Shown: one piece after another, positions 53,384 through 62,083 of the stretch
Position numbering within the stretch: position 1 is the stretch's first letter
How the letters are laid out: each line of letters opens with the position of its first letter
Virus record (IMG/VR): IMGVR_UViG_3300032675_000001
Coordinates: 62,001 to 126,000 of that record
Length of the DNA stretch: 64,000 nucleotides
Direction: 5' to 3' (one strand)
Program-made: the position numbers and the translations under genes
Notes under the pieces: generated by a model
The model's database searches: none
Told to the model about the DNA's origin: nothing
The model's input: the letters and a program-made list of their open reading frames with translations, nothing else

Positions 53384-54135
53384 TAAGTGTTTTCCTGTAT
53401 TTTGTTGGCGAATGATTTAATATGGTAGTGAATGGGATAGCGTTGTGGTATCGTATTGATTCTAAAAGTGTGTGGGAGAATCTCATAAACAAAAGTGTCA
53501 GTCCAGTCTTCTGTCGGCAGACCATTGATGAACTGTTTCATATGTACCATGGACAGAAACTCTGAATGAGGCAATGTGGTGTTCTCAACTCCTAACATAT
53601 GACAAGCGAGTGCATATACCCAATCTGTGGTAGCAGTTTCATCAAGGTTGCACTTTAATGTACTACGAAACTCTCCCCAGTTTTCAAAGATGGTTTTCAC
53701 TATCTCAAAAAACTGTTTGGCAAAATCTGATTTACGAAAATAAGTTATTCCATTGTATACGTCTGGAAGATCATTGTCAACAATAAACTTGCGATAAGCC
53801 TTGATATCGGATACATCTTGCTTGAAGTTACGAATGTGTGTAGACACAACCAGATCGCGGTCCTTTAGCGCATCCCACCAGTATTCAATAGTTTGTGGCA
53901 CATACATGTCCGCTTCAAGCTTGATAGTATATTCATATGGACTGGCTTCATATATCTGCCAATCGTTTTGCAGCTTCCAGTTAGTATCAGGAGCCTGATC
54001 ACCATATGGAAGCATATCAGTGGTAATAATAGTCACGTTGGCGTCTGGCATTACTCGCTTGATGCTTGCTTCTAATACTTCAGCACACCTGACGTAATCA
54101 TCGCCCTGTGCCATTATGACAAAACCCTTATCCAT
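53383..54135 (-). CDS. Nucleotide-diphospho-sugar transferase-like (GT-A) protein
   Basis: YEASPYEYTIKLEADM. Paralog of 54384..55196. Confidence 0.65.
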   Translation of the reverse strand: MDKGFVIMAQGDDYVRCAEVLEASIKRVMPDANVTIITTDMLPYGDQAPDTNWKLQNDWQIYEASPYEYTIKLEADMYVPQTIEYWWDALKDRDLVVSTHIRNFKQDVSDIKAYRKFIVDNDLPDVYNGITYFRKSDFAKQFFEIVKTIFENWGEFRSTLKCNLDETATTDWVYALACHMLGVENTTLPHSEFLSMVHMKQFINGLPTEDWTDTFVYEILPHTFRINTIPQRYPIHYHIKSFANKIQENT

Positions 54136-54397
54136 ATTTTAACCTATGCCACATTTCATCTTCGCTATTGTTGAACTTGATAGATACCCCGTTCATAGGC
54201 CATTTATCACCACAGACTTTCCAAACTAGATCATAGTCTCCCGGAAACACTTCCTTAAATGCCTTCATCACTGCCGATGTGTTAATGTTTAATAGTTGAT
54301 TGCTACTAAAATGTCCGGGAAGAGCATCAAATGGTAATGCGTTTCCACTAATGAAGGGCAAGCCATCTACCCACATTATTCTATCAGTCATGCCCAT
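54128..54397 (-). CDS. Divergent F-x-L-R-W-S family protein
   Basis: Ends FNNSEDEMWHRLKYG. Confidence 0.6.
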   Translation of the reverse strand: MGMTDRIMWVDGLPFISGNALPFDALPGHFSSNQLLNINTSAVMKAFKEVFPGDYDLVWKVCGDKWPMNGVSIKFNNSEDEMWHRLKYG

Positions 54398-55196
54398 TTA
54401 TCATCTCCACGAACAAATCTTTATTCATGACATGGAAGTCCATATCCTTTATTGTGATATACTCTTTGCGAATCTTACCACGTTGCCAGTTGTCAAACAT
54501 CACGGTATATTCTGTGTTGAACTCTTCACCATTGTTGCGATAAACTTGCGTATTTTTACCAACATGTAGCAAATCCCACGGAATAAAATTATTGGAATCA
54601 GAAAAATGACCGTCAGCAATGCGGAGAGCAAGAGTAAGAGCATAATCGTTACGATAAACACCCCCAATGAAGTTATGAATGTTGGCGTAGTGTTCATAGT
54701 TTTTTTGTACCATTTCTAAGCATTGGAATATCTGCTCTGCTCTTTTTGTTTTTCTAAACATCACCACTGTTGCCCATAGTGTGTCATAACTGTATACTGA
54801 CAAAGACTCTTGTGGAACCCCCGGATGCATGAGGAAACTAGTTCTATTGTGACAGCAGAAATCATAACCAAGATCAAACGTTTTTAGTAGCTTGTCCGAG
54901 TTTACAATGTAATCAACGTCAAGAAGAATGGTTTCATCATATGGACTTAATTCATATGCTAGATATCTGCCCTTATTAATCCACATGCCCCAATCACGGA
55001 AGTTATTTTTATCCGGTTCAATCTTGATGATGTGATCCCATTCATAGGTTTCTTCATAAGGATATGATTCGCTGTCAGTAACGATTGTAACTGGCAATCC
55101 CAAGAAATGATTTACACGTTTGGCAGTATGAAGTGCCATGTCGTAGTAGTTATACTTGGGGGAGTTAAAGGCAAATAGGATTACACCGCGAGTCAT
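54384..55196 (-). CDS. Nucleotide-diphospho-sugar transferase-like (GT-A) protein
   Basis: YELSPYDETILLDVDY (DxD), RND and HVMNK motifs. Confidence 0.7.
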   Translation of the reverse strand: MTRGVILFAFNSPKYNYYDMALHTAKRVNHFLGLPVTIVTDSESYPYEETYEWDHIIKIEPDKNNFRDWGMWINKGRYLAYELSPYDETILLDVDYIVNSDKLLKTFDLGYDFCCHNRTSFLMHPGVPQESLSVYSYDTLWATVVMFRKTKRAEQIFQCLEMVQKNYEHYANIHNFIGGVYRNDYALTLALRIADGHFSDSNNFIPWDLLHVGKNTQVYRNNGEEFNTEYTVMFDNWQRGKIRKEYITIKDMDFHVMNKDLFVEMINGHD

Positions 55197-55501
55197 CTCT
55201 TGCCTTCTAGTTCAGACCATTCTGCATACCATTCTTTCATGACTTCCCAATATGTATCGGTAAGCTTGTCAAGTAACTCTTGACGGACAACTTTTACGGG
55301 ATTATCAAATGTATCGATAAGGATTATTTCTTCGTTTCCAGAAACAGAAAGAAATGCAATGGTTTGTTGATCGGCTCGCCATAATCCACCCTGTTCAGCA
55401 ACAAGCAGTTTGCTGTTGTATTTCTCTGCGAGATACGCTTTTGCTGAATTGTGATTAAATCTTGCCTTGGCATCGGCAATTAAAGTCTTTGTATCCATCA
55501 T
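55193..55501 (-). CDS. Hypothetical protein
   Basis: AGGAG RBS; late-promoter motif at 55514..55520. Confidence 0.7.
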   Translation of the reverse strand: MMDTKTLIADAKARFNHNSAKAYLAEKYNSKLLVAEQGGLWRADQQTIAFLSVSGNEEIILIDTFDNPVKVVRQELLDKLTDTYWEVMKEWYAEWSELEGKR

Positions 55502-55528
55502 ATACTCCTTGGGTATTTAGATGGATAC
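55491..55528 (-). promoter_or_regulatory. Hairpin with late promoter at the loop, sequestering the start codon
   Basis: Minus strand reads GTATCCATC-TAAATACCCAAGGAGTATAT-GATGGATAC. Confidence 0.65.
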
Positions 55529-55545
55529 TAAGAGGTGAGTAAAAA

Positions 55546-56499
55546 TTATGATCCAGTTACAGTTCCCGCAAGAGTGATTGTTCCCCACGAGTTTGCGATG
55601 TTGGTTGTTTCTGGTGGTACGACTGTAAGTGTGGTTGCCGAGCCAGAGTTTGCAGCTAGACCGGTTGGAATTTCATTCCAAGTTACATATGTTGTTATTA
55701 CGCTTCCGTTATCTGCGTTTGTTCCTTGTGTACCGTTAGTTTTGGCGACAACAGAAATATTAGTACTTAAATAACCAGAAGGACCGGTTGATGCAGTCTG
55801 CGTAAATACAGTAGTATTTGTGGTTGTTAGCCCATAATAACCACTATTGGTGGAAATAGTCGGAGAATTTCCGCCTCCACCTACTTTAGTGATGCCATTA
55901 TATGATGTGCCAACTACAGTCACAGCACCAGATGATGGTGCAGAAAGAACTATAGTCCCTACGTTTGATGCCAAGTTATTAAGAAGTAGGTTTATCCCAG
56001 TTCCAGTAGGTGAAGAACATGTAATTTTCAACTGTCCTCCTGCATTGAAAAAATAACGTGCTGCATCGCCATTAGCAAAAGTAGTAGTGAACGTAAACGT
56101 CAATGAATGTGACCACGATGAACCGTAAGTTTGTGTATTAGAGGTAGTTGATCCCTGTGACGCAGCATTTAATCTGCTACTGTAAATGCTAGAAAGGTTA
56201 GTTGGTATACTTGAAAGATATGTAATGACGCCACCAGAAGTAGGTGCAGTTACTGCAGAAATGGAAGTACCTTGGTGAGTTGCAGCACTTGCAGTATTTG
56301 ATACCAATGCGTTCCAATAACTAGTTGCAACTACAGTTTGCCCAGAAGCAACATTTGCAATTGCAGGTTGTCCGTATCCTGCACTTCCTCCTCCAGTTGC
56401 CCAAGTAGCATTGAGTGTATTGGCAGTAGTTGTCGGGTTTCCACCAACGAATGTGTTGAAATCGGCTGCCTGAATCGTACCAAATTGTGCGTAACTCAT
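55546..56499 (-). CDS. Virion structural protein (T/S/G/N-rich)
   Basis: GYGQ and ARYFFNAGG motifs; lies in the tail module. Confidence 0.7.
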   Translation of the reverse strand: MSYAQFGTIQAADFNTFVGGNPTTTANTLNATWATGGGSAGYGQPAIANVASGQTVVATSYWNALVSNTASAATHQGTSISAVTAPTSGGVITYLSSIPTNLSSIYSSRLNAASQGSTTSNTQTYGSSWSHSLTFTFTTTFANGDAARYFFNAGGQLKITCSSPTGTGINLLLNNLASNVGTIVLSAPSSGAVTVVGTSYNGITKVGGGGNSPTISTNSGYYGLTTTNTTVFTQTASTGPSGYLSTNISVVAKTNGTQGTNADNGSVITTYVTWNEIPTGLAANSGSATTLTVVPPETTNIANSWGTITLAGTVTGS

Positions 56500-56511
56500 T
56501 ATTAATCCCTA

Positions 56512-57729
56512 TTACTTAATAGAAACAAACGCCAGCACAAAGCCCGCGCCATCATCTAATTTATCTTCAAGTGCTCTGCCTATCACATTAAATGGAGTGG
56601 CTTCTCCTTCGGCGGCAGCACGAGCTACACCCGAACCTGCACTAACTAGACGTTGACCTTTAAGGACTATTCCAGAAACCTTTACTGGTACGCGACCAGA
56701 AACAGCCACAGGAGGGTGAGTTGCGTCACTACCTGCTCCAGCATTCATCAAATATGCGGCAGTATCAGAGATAACGCCAAATACATCTTCGGATAGTTCA
56801 TACTGAACTGCTGTAATTTCGTCTTCTCCACCAAGCTGAACAACCGTACCCGGATCGTATACATTATCGGCAGCAAATCGTTCTGCCAAGTCAGCGTAAG
56901 TAGCTTGTAGTCTTGAACCAGCAGAAAGTGTCCAGTTACCTGTGATTGTGCCAGCCGTTGTATTTGCTCCGGTTGTCAGAGTGGTTGCAGTAGTTTGTAC
57001 TGTGGAAATGTTACCACCATAGGTCGGCAGATATGCCGCCACATTTGAGTTAGAATAAGTGCCTCCAAGAGGGATAGAAGCACCATTTGCATACATGTAG
57101 TTGTCGCATTTAATGCCATAAGTTCCACCAGCAGGAAGTTGAATACCACCTGATACGAAATTCAGTGCTGTTGCGCCCGATCCTCCGGGTCCCCCGGTGA
57201 TATTCCACACACCAGTTAATGTTCCGGACGTAGTGGCGGCTCCAGTACTAATAGCAGTAGTAAAAAGTGTTCCAATAGTCCCGGTAGTTGCATTTAAATT
57301 AGCTATAGCCGCATTGGATGTTACTGTGATATTATTGAATATTCCAGAAGTAGCAGTGACACTTCCACTGGCATTTACATTAGAAGCAGAAATGTTTCCA
57401 GTAACAGTAACAGCACCAAAAGTCGTTGAACCACCAGATGATGTGGAAGTCAATGACAACCAATTTGATGCATTGGTAGTGCCAGTAATTGGACAAACAT
57501 ACAATGTGTTATTATTTGTATTGAACCAAAGTTGTCCTTGGAGAGGATTAGCTGGAGGAGTAGATGAAGCGAAGTTTTCAAGCATTTGTACCATGTTGGT
57601 ATCTAAAACTTGACCGTATCCGGCATAGTTACGACCTGGCAAACCAAGAGAAGTACTAGTTGTATTAATAGTACCATCTTGAATGGTAGTCAAAACTGTA
57701 CCATTACTGTTAAGAATTGTATACGCCAT
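56512..57729 (-). CDS. Tail fibre/baseplate-associated protein with C-terminal YADLAE (peptidase G2/chaperone-like) domain
   Basis: N-terminal GRNYAGYG...LENFA...P.NPL.GQLW; C-terminal YADLAERF...PGTVV...GRVPVKV. Confidence 0.75.
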   Translation of the reverse strand: MAYTILNSNGTVLTTIQDGTINTTSTSLGLPGRNYAGYGQVLDTNMVQMLENFASSTPPANPLQGQLWFNTNNNTLYVCPITGTTNASNWLSLTSTSSGGSTTFGAVTVTGNISASNVNASGSVTATSGIFNNITVTSNAAIANLNATTGTIGTLFTTAISTGAATTSGTLTGVWNITGGPGGSGATALNFVSGGIQLPAGGTYGIKCDNYMYANGASIPLGGTYSNSNVAAYLPTYGGNISTVQTTATTLTTGANTTAGTITGNWTLSAGSRLQATYADLAERFAADNVYDPGTVVQLGGEDEITAVQYELSEDVFGVISDTAAYLMNAGAGSDATHPPVAVSGRVPVKVSGIVLKGQRLVSAGSGVARAAAEGEATPFNVIGRALEDKLDDGAGFVLAFVSIK

Positions 57730-57761
57730 CTATAATTACTCCAATACTCTTATTTATCTTT

Positions 57762-58715
57762 TTAGCAAATATAGGTTGGGAAACTGCTCAGCCCAATACC
57801 AACTATATAAAAACATGTTACGGTAACAGTTGCTCCTGCTGCCACTGTTCCTATGTTCCATGCATTATATATTGCATAGTCACCTATTCCTACTGGTCCA
57901 CCGCCTGTTAATACGGTGCCCGCATTATAAATAGGCCAGTTAGTTGCTATCAATGTGTTGGTAGTAAAACCATTGCCCGGAGTGTAAGATGATATTGTCT
58001 TATCAGTTAGCTGACCAGATGCATAAACGGTATTTGTTACTGGAACCGGTGACGTTCCTCTTCCATTGTTGGTTGGATATTCATCCCAATCCGGGTCCCC
58101 ACCTCGCTGAATTTGTACAGTGTGGCTTGTTGCAGTCGTATTTGTATAAGACATCTGCATACGTACAATTGATTCTCCCGGATAAGAGAAATACTGAAAC
58201 ACTGCATGTCCATAAGTAGATGCATTGCCCATCAAAACAACTATTTCACCATTCTCTAGCTGCCACGAACGAACAGTTCCGTTTGCCGAACCTGTGGGTC
58301 CACCCGGTTCATTACCACCACCAAGTGCCAGAACACCATCAACATAAATGGCACCCATTTCATGTGGAGTTCCGGGTTGAAATACGTCATTCCACTGATT
58401 TGAATAGTCATAATTTCCAGTTCCGGTTGGATCATATATTAACATATACAAACTGGGACTAGTAGCTCCAGACTGCCCCATACCAAAAACACCTTTTCCT
58501 TGCCCGTTGATCAAATATTTAATATAACCAGTGTTAATGCTCCATGAATGGGCACCAGTCTGTGCTGTGCCCAACTGAGACAACGTGTATCCATCAGATG
58601 AACTTGGTATTAAGGTTGGGAATGTATATCCAGAGTTAGCGCAATGAGGATTATGTTGCTGCGTGGATACCCATGCTCTATAACTTGCTGCACTAAATGT
58701 TGCTAATCTAGGCAT
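57762..58715 (-). CDS. Putative virion/receptor-binding protein
   Basis: G/T/Y-rich beta-type composition; located between fibre genes. Confidence 0.6.
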   Translation of the reverse strand: MPRLATFSAASYRAWVSTQQHNPHCANSGYTFPTLIPSSSDGYTLSQLGTAQTGAHSWSINTGYIKYLINGQGKGVFGMGQSGATSPSLYMLIYDPTGTGNYDYSNQWNDVFQPGTPHEMGAIYVDGVLALGGGNEPGGPTGSANGTVRSWQLENGEIVVLMGNASTYGHAVFQYFSYPGESIVRMQMSYTNTTATSHTVQIQRGGDPDWDEYPTNNGRGTSPVPVTNTVYASGQLTDKTISSYTPGNGFTTNTLIATNWPIYNAGTVLTGGGPVGIGDYAIYNAWNIGTVAAGATVTVTCFYIVGIGLSSFPTYIC

Positions 58716-58723
58716 TAATCACC

Positions 58724-61285
58724 TTACGCATATTTCGAGACAGAAGCAAACACTGTATATGTTGCAGAAGCTGTCTTCACTATAGTGAATGTATACGCAT
58801 CAATGCTATTAGTATCACCCGATGCCGGTGGTGCTCCCCCTAACCACTTAGGTGTTACTGAGACGCTATCAACACTAAATCCAGTAGGATAGTATGCGGA
58901 TGAACCTTGTGTTACAAGAACCGTGGTGGTTGATGACTGACCTGAACTCAAATATGAATTAGCAGTAACTGTTGAGTTTCCTTGAAAATTAAATGTCCAG
59001 TTAGACGAAGAGTTGGCAGTATAATAGGTAATTGCATCACCTATTAAATTTACGTTTGTTGTTGATGATGGTGCAGATGCAACAACATTTACTTGTTCAA
59101 CAACATCACGAATTTGCTGAGTTCCAGACGAGAAGGAGGTGTTTCCTCCTCCTTGTATTGCGCCAGTAACATTAAGTGATGTTAATGTTCCAACAGATGT
59201 GATGTTTGGTTGAGCATTGGTTGTTACGGTATTAGCAGTTCCAGAAATATTAATACTATAATTTCCAGTAAGATAGCCGTTTCCAATCGTTCCAGAAGTG
59301 ATATTACTTGCATTCAGTGAGGATAACCCTGCGCCTGAGCCATAATGATTACTCGTTATATTACCTGCAGTTATATTACCGGTGACTGCTAGTGAAGTCA
59401 GCGTACCAACAGATGTGATGTTTGGCTGCGCGCTATATGTTATGTTGCCTGCACTAACTGCATAAATTGCATTAGCTACTGCCCCGGTCACATTCATACC
59501 AGCCACGGTTCCTGCACTCGTTGCATAATTCGCGTTTGCTACGGTACCGGTTACGTTAGCTCCGGATACGGCGTTGGCAATATTTGCCACGTTTGAAAAT
59601 GCTACTGTACCGACAATATTTGCCGCAGCTACAGAATTTGCCACGTTTGCTATATTAGCTTGAGAAACAGAGCCAGTTACGTTAGCGCCCGCAACCGAGT
59701 TAGCAGTTCCGGCCACGCTTGCAGATGCAACAGGTCCAATAACGTTAGCCCCACTTACTGAATTTGCAACAGCAGCATAAGACACCGTTCCCGTTACGTT
59801 AGCACCTGCTACTGAGTTTGCAGTTGTTGCATATGCCACAGGACCACTTACGTTAGCACCTGCTACTGAGTTTGCAGTTGTTGCATAAGTAACTGCACCG
59901 ATGACATTGGCACCTGCTACTGAGTTTGCAGTTGTTGCATAAGTAACTGCACCGATGACATTGGCACCAGGAATAGATGTAAGACCGGCACCATTACCAA
60001 AATGATTTGCGATAATATTTGCACTGGTTATGTTTCCAGTTACAGATAAGTTTGCAAGTGTTCCAACCGATGTGATGTTTGGTTGAGCACTAGCTGTTAC
60101 TGTACCTGCCGTGTTTGCATTAAGTGCCGCTGTTGCGGTACCAGTAATGGAGCCAGAAACAATCAGGTTTCCTACCGTTAATGTGTTACTACTTGGTACA
60201 TAATAAAATGCAGTATCCAATCCTAATCCTGCATTGGTTGTTGCTGATGCAGCAAAAGTAGGATAATATGTTGGGTTTAAAGTACTGTCATCTGTTACAG
60301 TTACTGTAGCCGATTGACCTGCGTTTGCAGCATATGATGCATTTGCAATTGTTCCGTTTATATTAGCAGCAGTAATGTTAGACAGATTGCCACCATCACC
60401 ATAATGGATGGCTGTTACGTTTGCTCCAATAATATTTCCGGTTGCTCTAATATTTCCAGTAACATCCAAGGTGTAACTTGGACTAGTCTGCCCAATGCCA
60501 ACGTTTCCACCCGATGTTATACGCATCCTTTCATTTGTGGATAATGTTCCCCCAGTGAAGAATTGAATATTGGAGGCATTTGCAGTACCGATGCCTAAAT
60601 TGGTATTTCCAGTGTATATATAACCATCCGAGGGACCAGTTATCGTCCAATTGCTGTTGCTCCAAGAATTGCTGAGAATGCCAATATCAATAAAATTATT
60701 GCTTGCGCTTGTTGGTCCATTGGTATCATAAATGGAAAAGTCAGCAGACGCATTTGGTGTTGCGCTCTGATTCCATAACCACACCTGTAGATAATTTGGC
60801 ACATTGCCTTGAAACCCGCCGATTGCACTATTACCGCTATCATAAAAAATTTGTGCATTGGCCGTAGCATTAGTGGTATAAAAGCCGCCTGTCACATAGA
60901 TATTGGCCGCATTTGCATAACCAGATATCAAAGAGTTATTTGCAGAAATATTTCCAGATAGTGATATTGCATTTGCTGTCAAGTTTCCGTTGTTATCTGT
61001 AGTAGCAATTATTACCCACTGATTCGCTGAAGACGCGCCATCAACCGGACATACACGAAGTACCGCGTTTCCAATATCATACCAAAGCTGACCTCTAAGT
61101 GGATTAGCCGGTGGGGTGTTGTTTGCAAAGTTTTCCAGTAGGTAAACGTAATTGGTATCAAATACCTGTCCGTATCCCGGATACAGTCTACCCGGAAGAC
61201 CAAGCGACGATGCTGTGGTATTGATTGTACCATCTTGAATGGTGCATAATGTTGCGCCGTCACTTTTAATAATTACGTATGACAT
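58724..61285 (-). CDS. Tail fibre protein with internal repeats
   Basis: Same N-terminal domain as 56512..57729; ERMRITSGGNVGIG; three QPNITSVGTL; 18-aa GANV repeats. Confidence 0.85.
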   Translation of the reverse strand: MSYVIIKSDGATLCTIQDGTINTTASSLGLPGRLYPGYGQVFDTNYVYLLENFANNTPPANPLRGQLWYDIGNAVLRVCPVDGASSANQWVIIATTDNNGNLTANAISLSGNISANNSLISGYANAANIYVTGGFYTTNATANAQIFYDSGNSAIGGFQGNVPNYLQVWLWNQSATPNASADFSIYDTNGPTSASNNFIDIGILSNSWSNSNWTITGPSDGYIYTGNTNLGIGTANASNIQFFTGGTLSTNERMRITSGGNVGIGQTSPSYTLDVTGNIRATGNIIGANVTAIHYGDGGNLSNITAANINGTIANASYAANAGQSATVTVTDDSTLNPTYYPTFAASATTNAGLGLDTAFYYVPSSNTLTVGNLIVSGSITGTATAALNANTAGTVTASAQPNITSVGTLANLSVTGNITSANIIANHFGNGAGLTSIPGANVIGAVTYATTANSVAGANVIGAVTYATTANSVAGANVSGPVAYATTANSVAGANVTGTVSYAAVANSVSGANVIGPVASASVAGTANSVAGANVTGSVSQANIANVANSVAAANIVGTVAFSNVANIANAVSGANVTGTVANANYATSAGTVAGMNVTGAVANAIYAVSAGNITYSAQPNITSVGTLTSLAVTGNITAGNITSNHYGSGAGLSSLNASNITSGTIGNGYLTGNYSINISGTANTVTTNAQPNITSVGTLTSLNVTGAIQGGGNTSFSSGTQQIRDVVEQVNVVASAPSSTTNVNLIGDAITYYTANSSSNWTFNFQGNSTVTANSYLSSGQSSTTTVLVTQGSSAYYPTGFSVDSVSVTPKWLGGAPPASGDTNSIDAYTFTIVKTASATYTVFASVSKYA
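59802..59968. repeat. 54-bp tandem coding repeat
   Basis: gcacc recurs at 59802, 59856, 59910 and 59964. The units at 59856 and 59910 are identical. Confidence 0.9.
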
Positions 61286-61301
61286 CTACTCATCCTGTTA
61301 T

Positions 61302-61922
61302 TTAAATAGTCACCAAGTTAGTAAGTGCCTGAATGCGAACAGTATAATCAATTTGAATCTGTCTGTTCAAAGACTTCTGCACTGGGTGGAATACCACGTG
61401 TGTTAATAGTTGCGTAATAGGATTACCGCTACTGTCGGTCCCGTAGTTAGCCAGTAGACCGAGTTCATCAAAAGTGTATGTTGATGTTAGATCGGTGCTA
61501 TTATCAAACGCCTGTTGACCAGAAGGTTCACCGTAGTCAAGCAAACACTGAACAAGGATATCAGTATATAAATTTCCAGTGGTATGATATACAGTCATTT
61601 TATTTCTAGTTGGGTCCAGATTAAACACGCTGGTGTCATCTACAATCTTCGCATAGGTCTGATTATAAAGAGCAGCATTCAATCCAGTTGTGTTTGGTGG
61701 CAAATAGGTAATAACACCAGTTTCATCAACTGATGCTGCACCATTACCAAACGCCATTTGGTAGATTTCTCCATATCCACGATCACTAAGGGTATTTGCG
61801 ATGGCCAAAGACATCGTTTCGTAATTTATGGCATTTTTCTTATCCACAAAAACTTCACCCGAATTGGGATCAAAGATTTTAATAAATCCTTCAACCTTAT
61901 ATGATAAGTTGATAGTAGACAT
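61302..61922 (-). CDS. Virion structural (baseplate/tail) protein
   Basis: FDELGL and THVVFHPVQKSLNR motifs; tail module context. Confidence 0.7.
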   Translation of the reverse strand: MSTINLSYKVEGFIKIFDPNSGEVFVDKKNAINYETMSLAIANTLSDRGYGEIYQMAFGNGAASVDETGVITYLPPNTTGLNAALYNQTYAKIVDDTSVFNLDPTRNKMTVYHTTGNLYTDILVQCLLDYGEPSGQQAFDNSTDLTSTYTFDELGLLANYGTDSSGNPITQLLTHVVFHPVQKSLNRQIQIDYTVRIQALTNLVTI

Positions 61923-62068
61923 TAATCATCACCTCTTTTTTGCACGATAACTTCCTGTGAATTTGGGTCAAAAATCTTTACGCTGGAGGAAAAATATATT
62001 CCTCCGACTTCATTCGGTTTGCCAGTTGGGCGACGATTACCTTGTTTCTCTGAGTTATACTTGTTCAT
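61922..62068 (-). CDS. Small protein (48 aa)
   Basis: Not in the track. MNKYNSEK...VKIFDPNSQEVIVQKRGDD*; TAATG-coupled; ATAAATA at 62074..62080. Confidence 0.65.
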   Translation of the reverse strand: MNKYNSEKQGNRRPTGKPNEVGGIYFSSSVKIFDPNSQEVIVQKRGDD

Positions 62069-62083
62069 TTGTATATTTATCAT

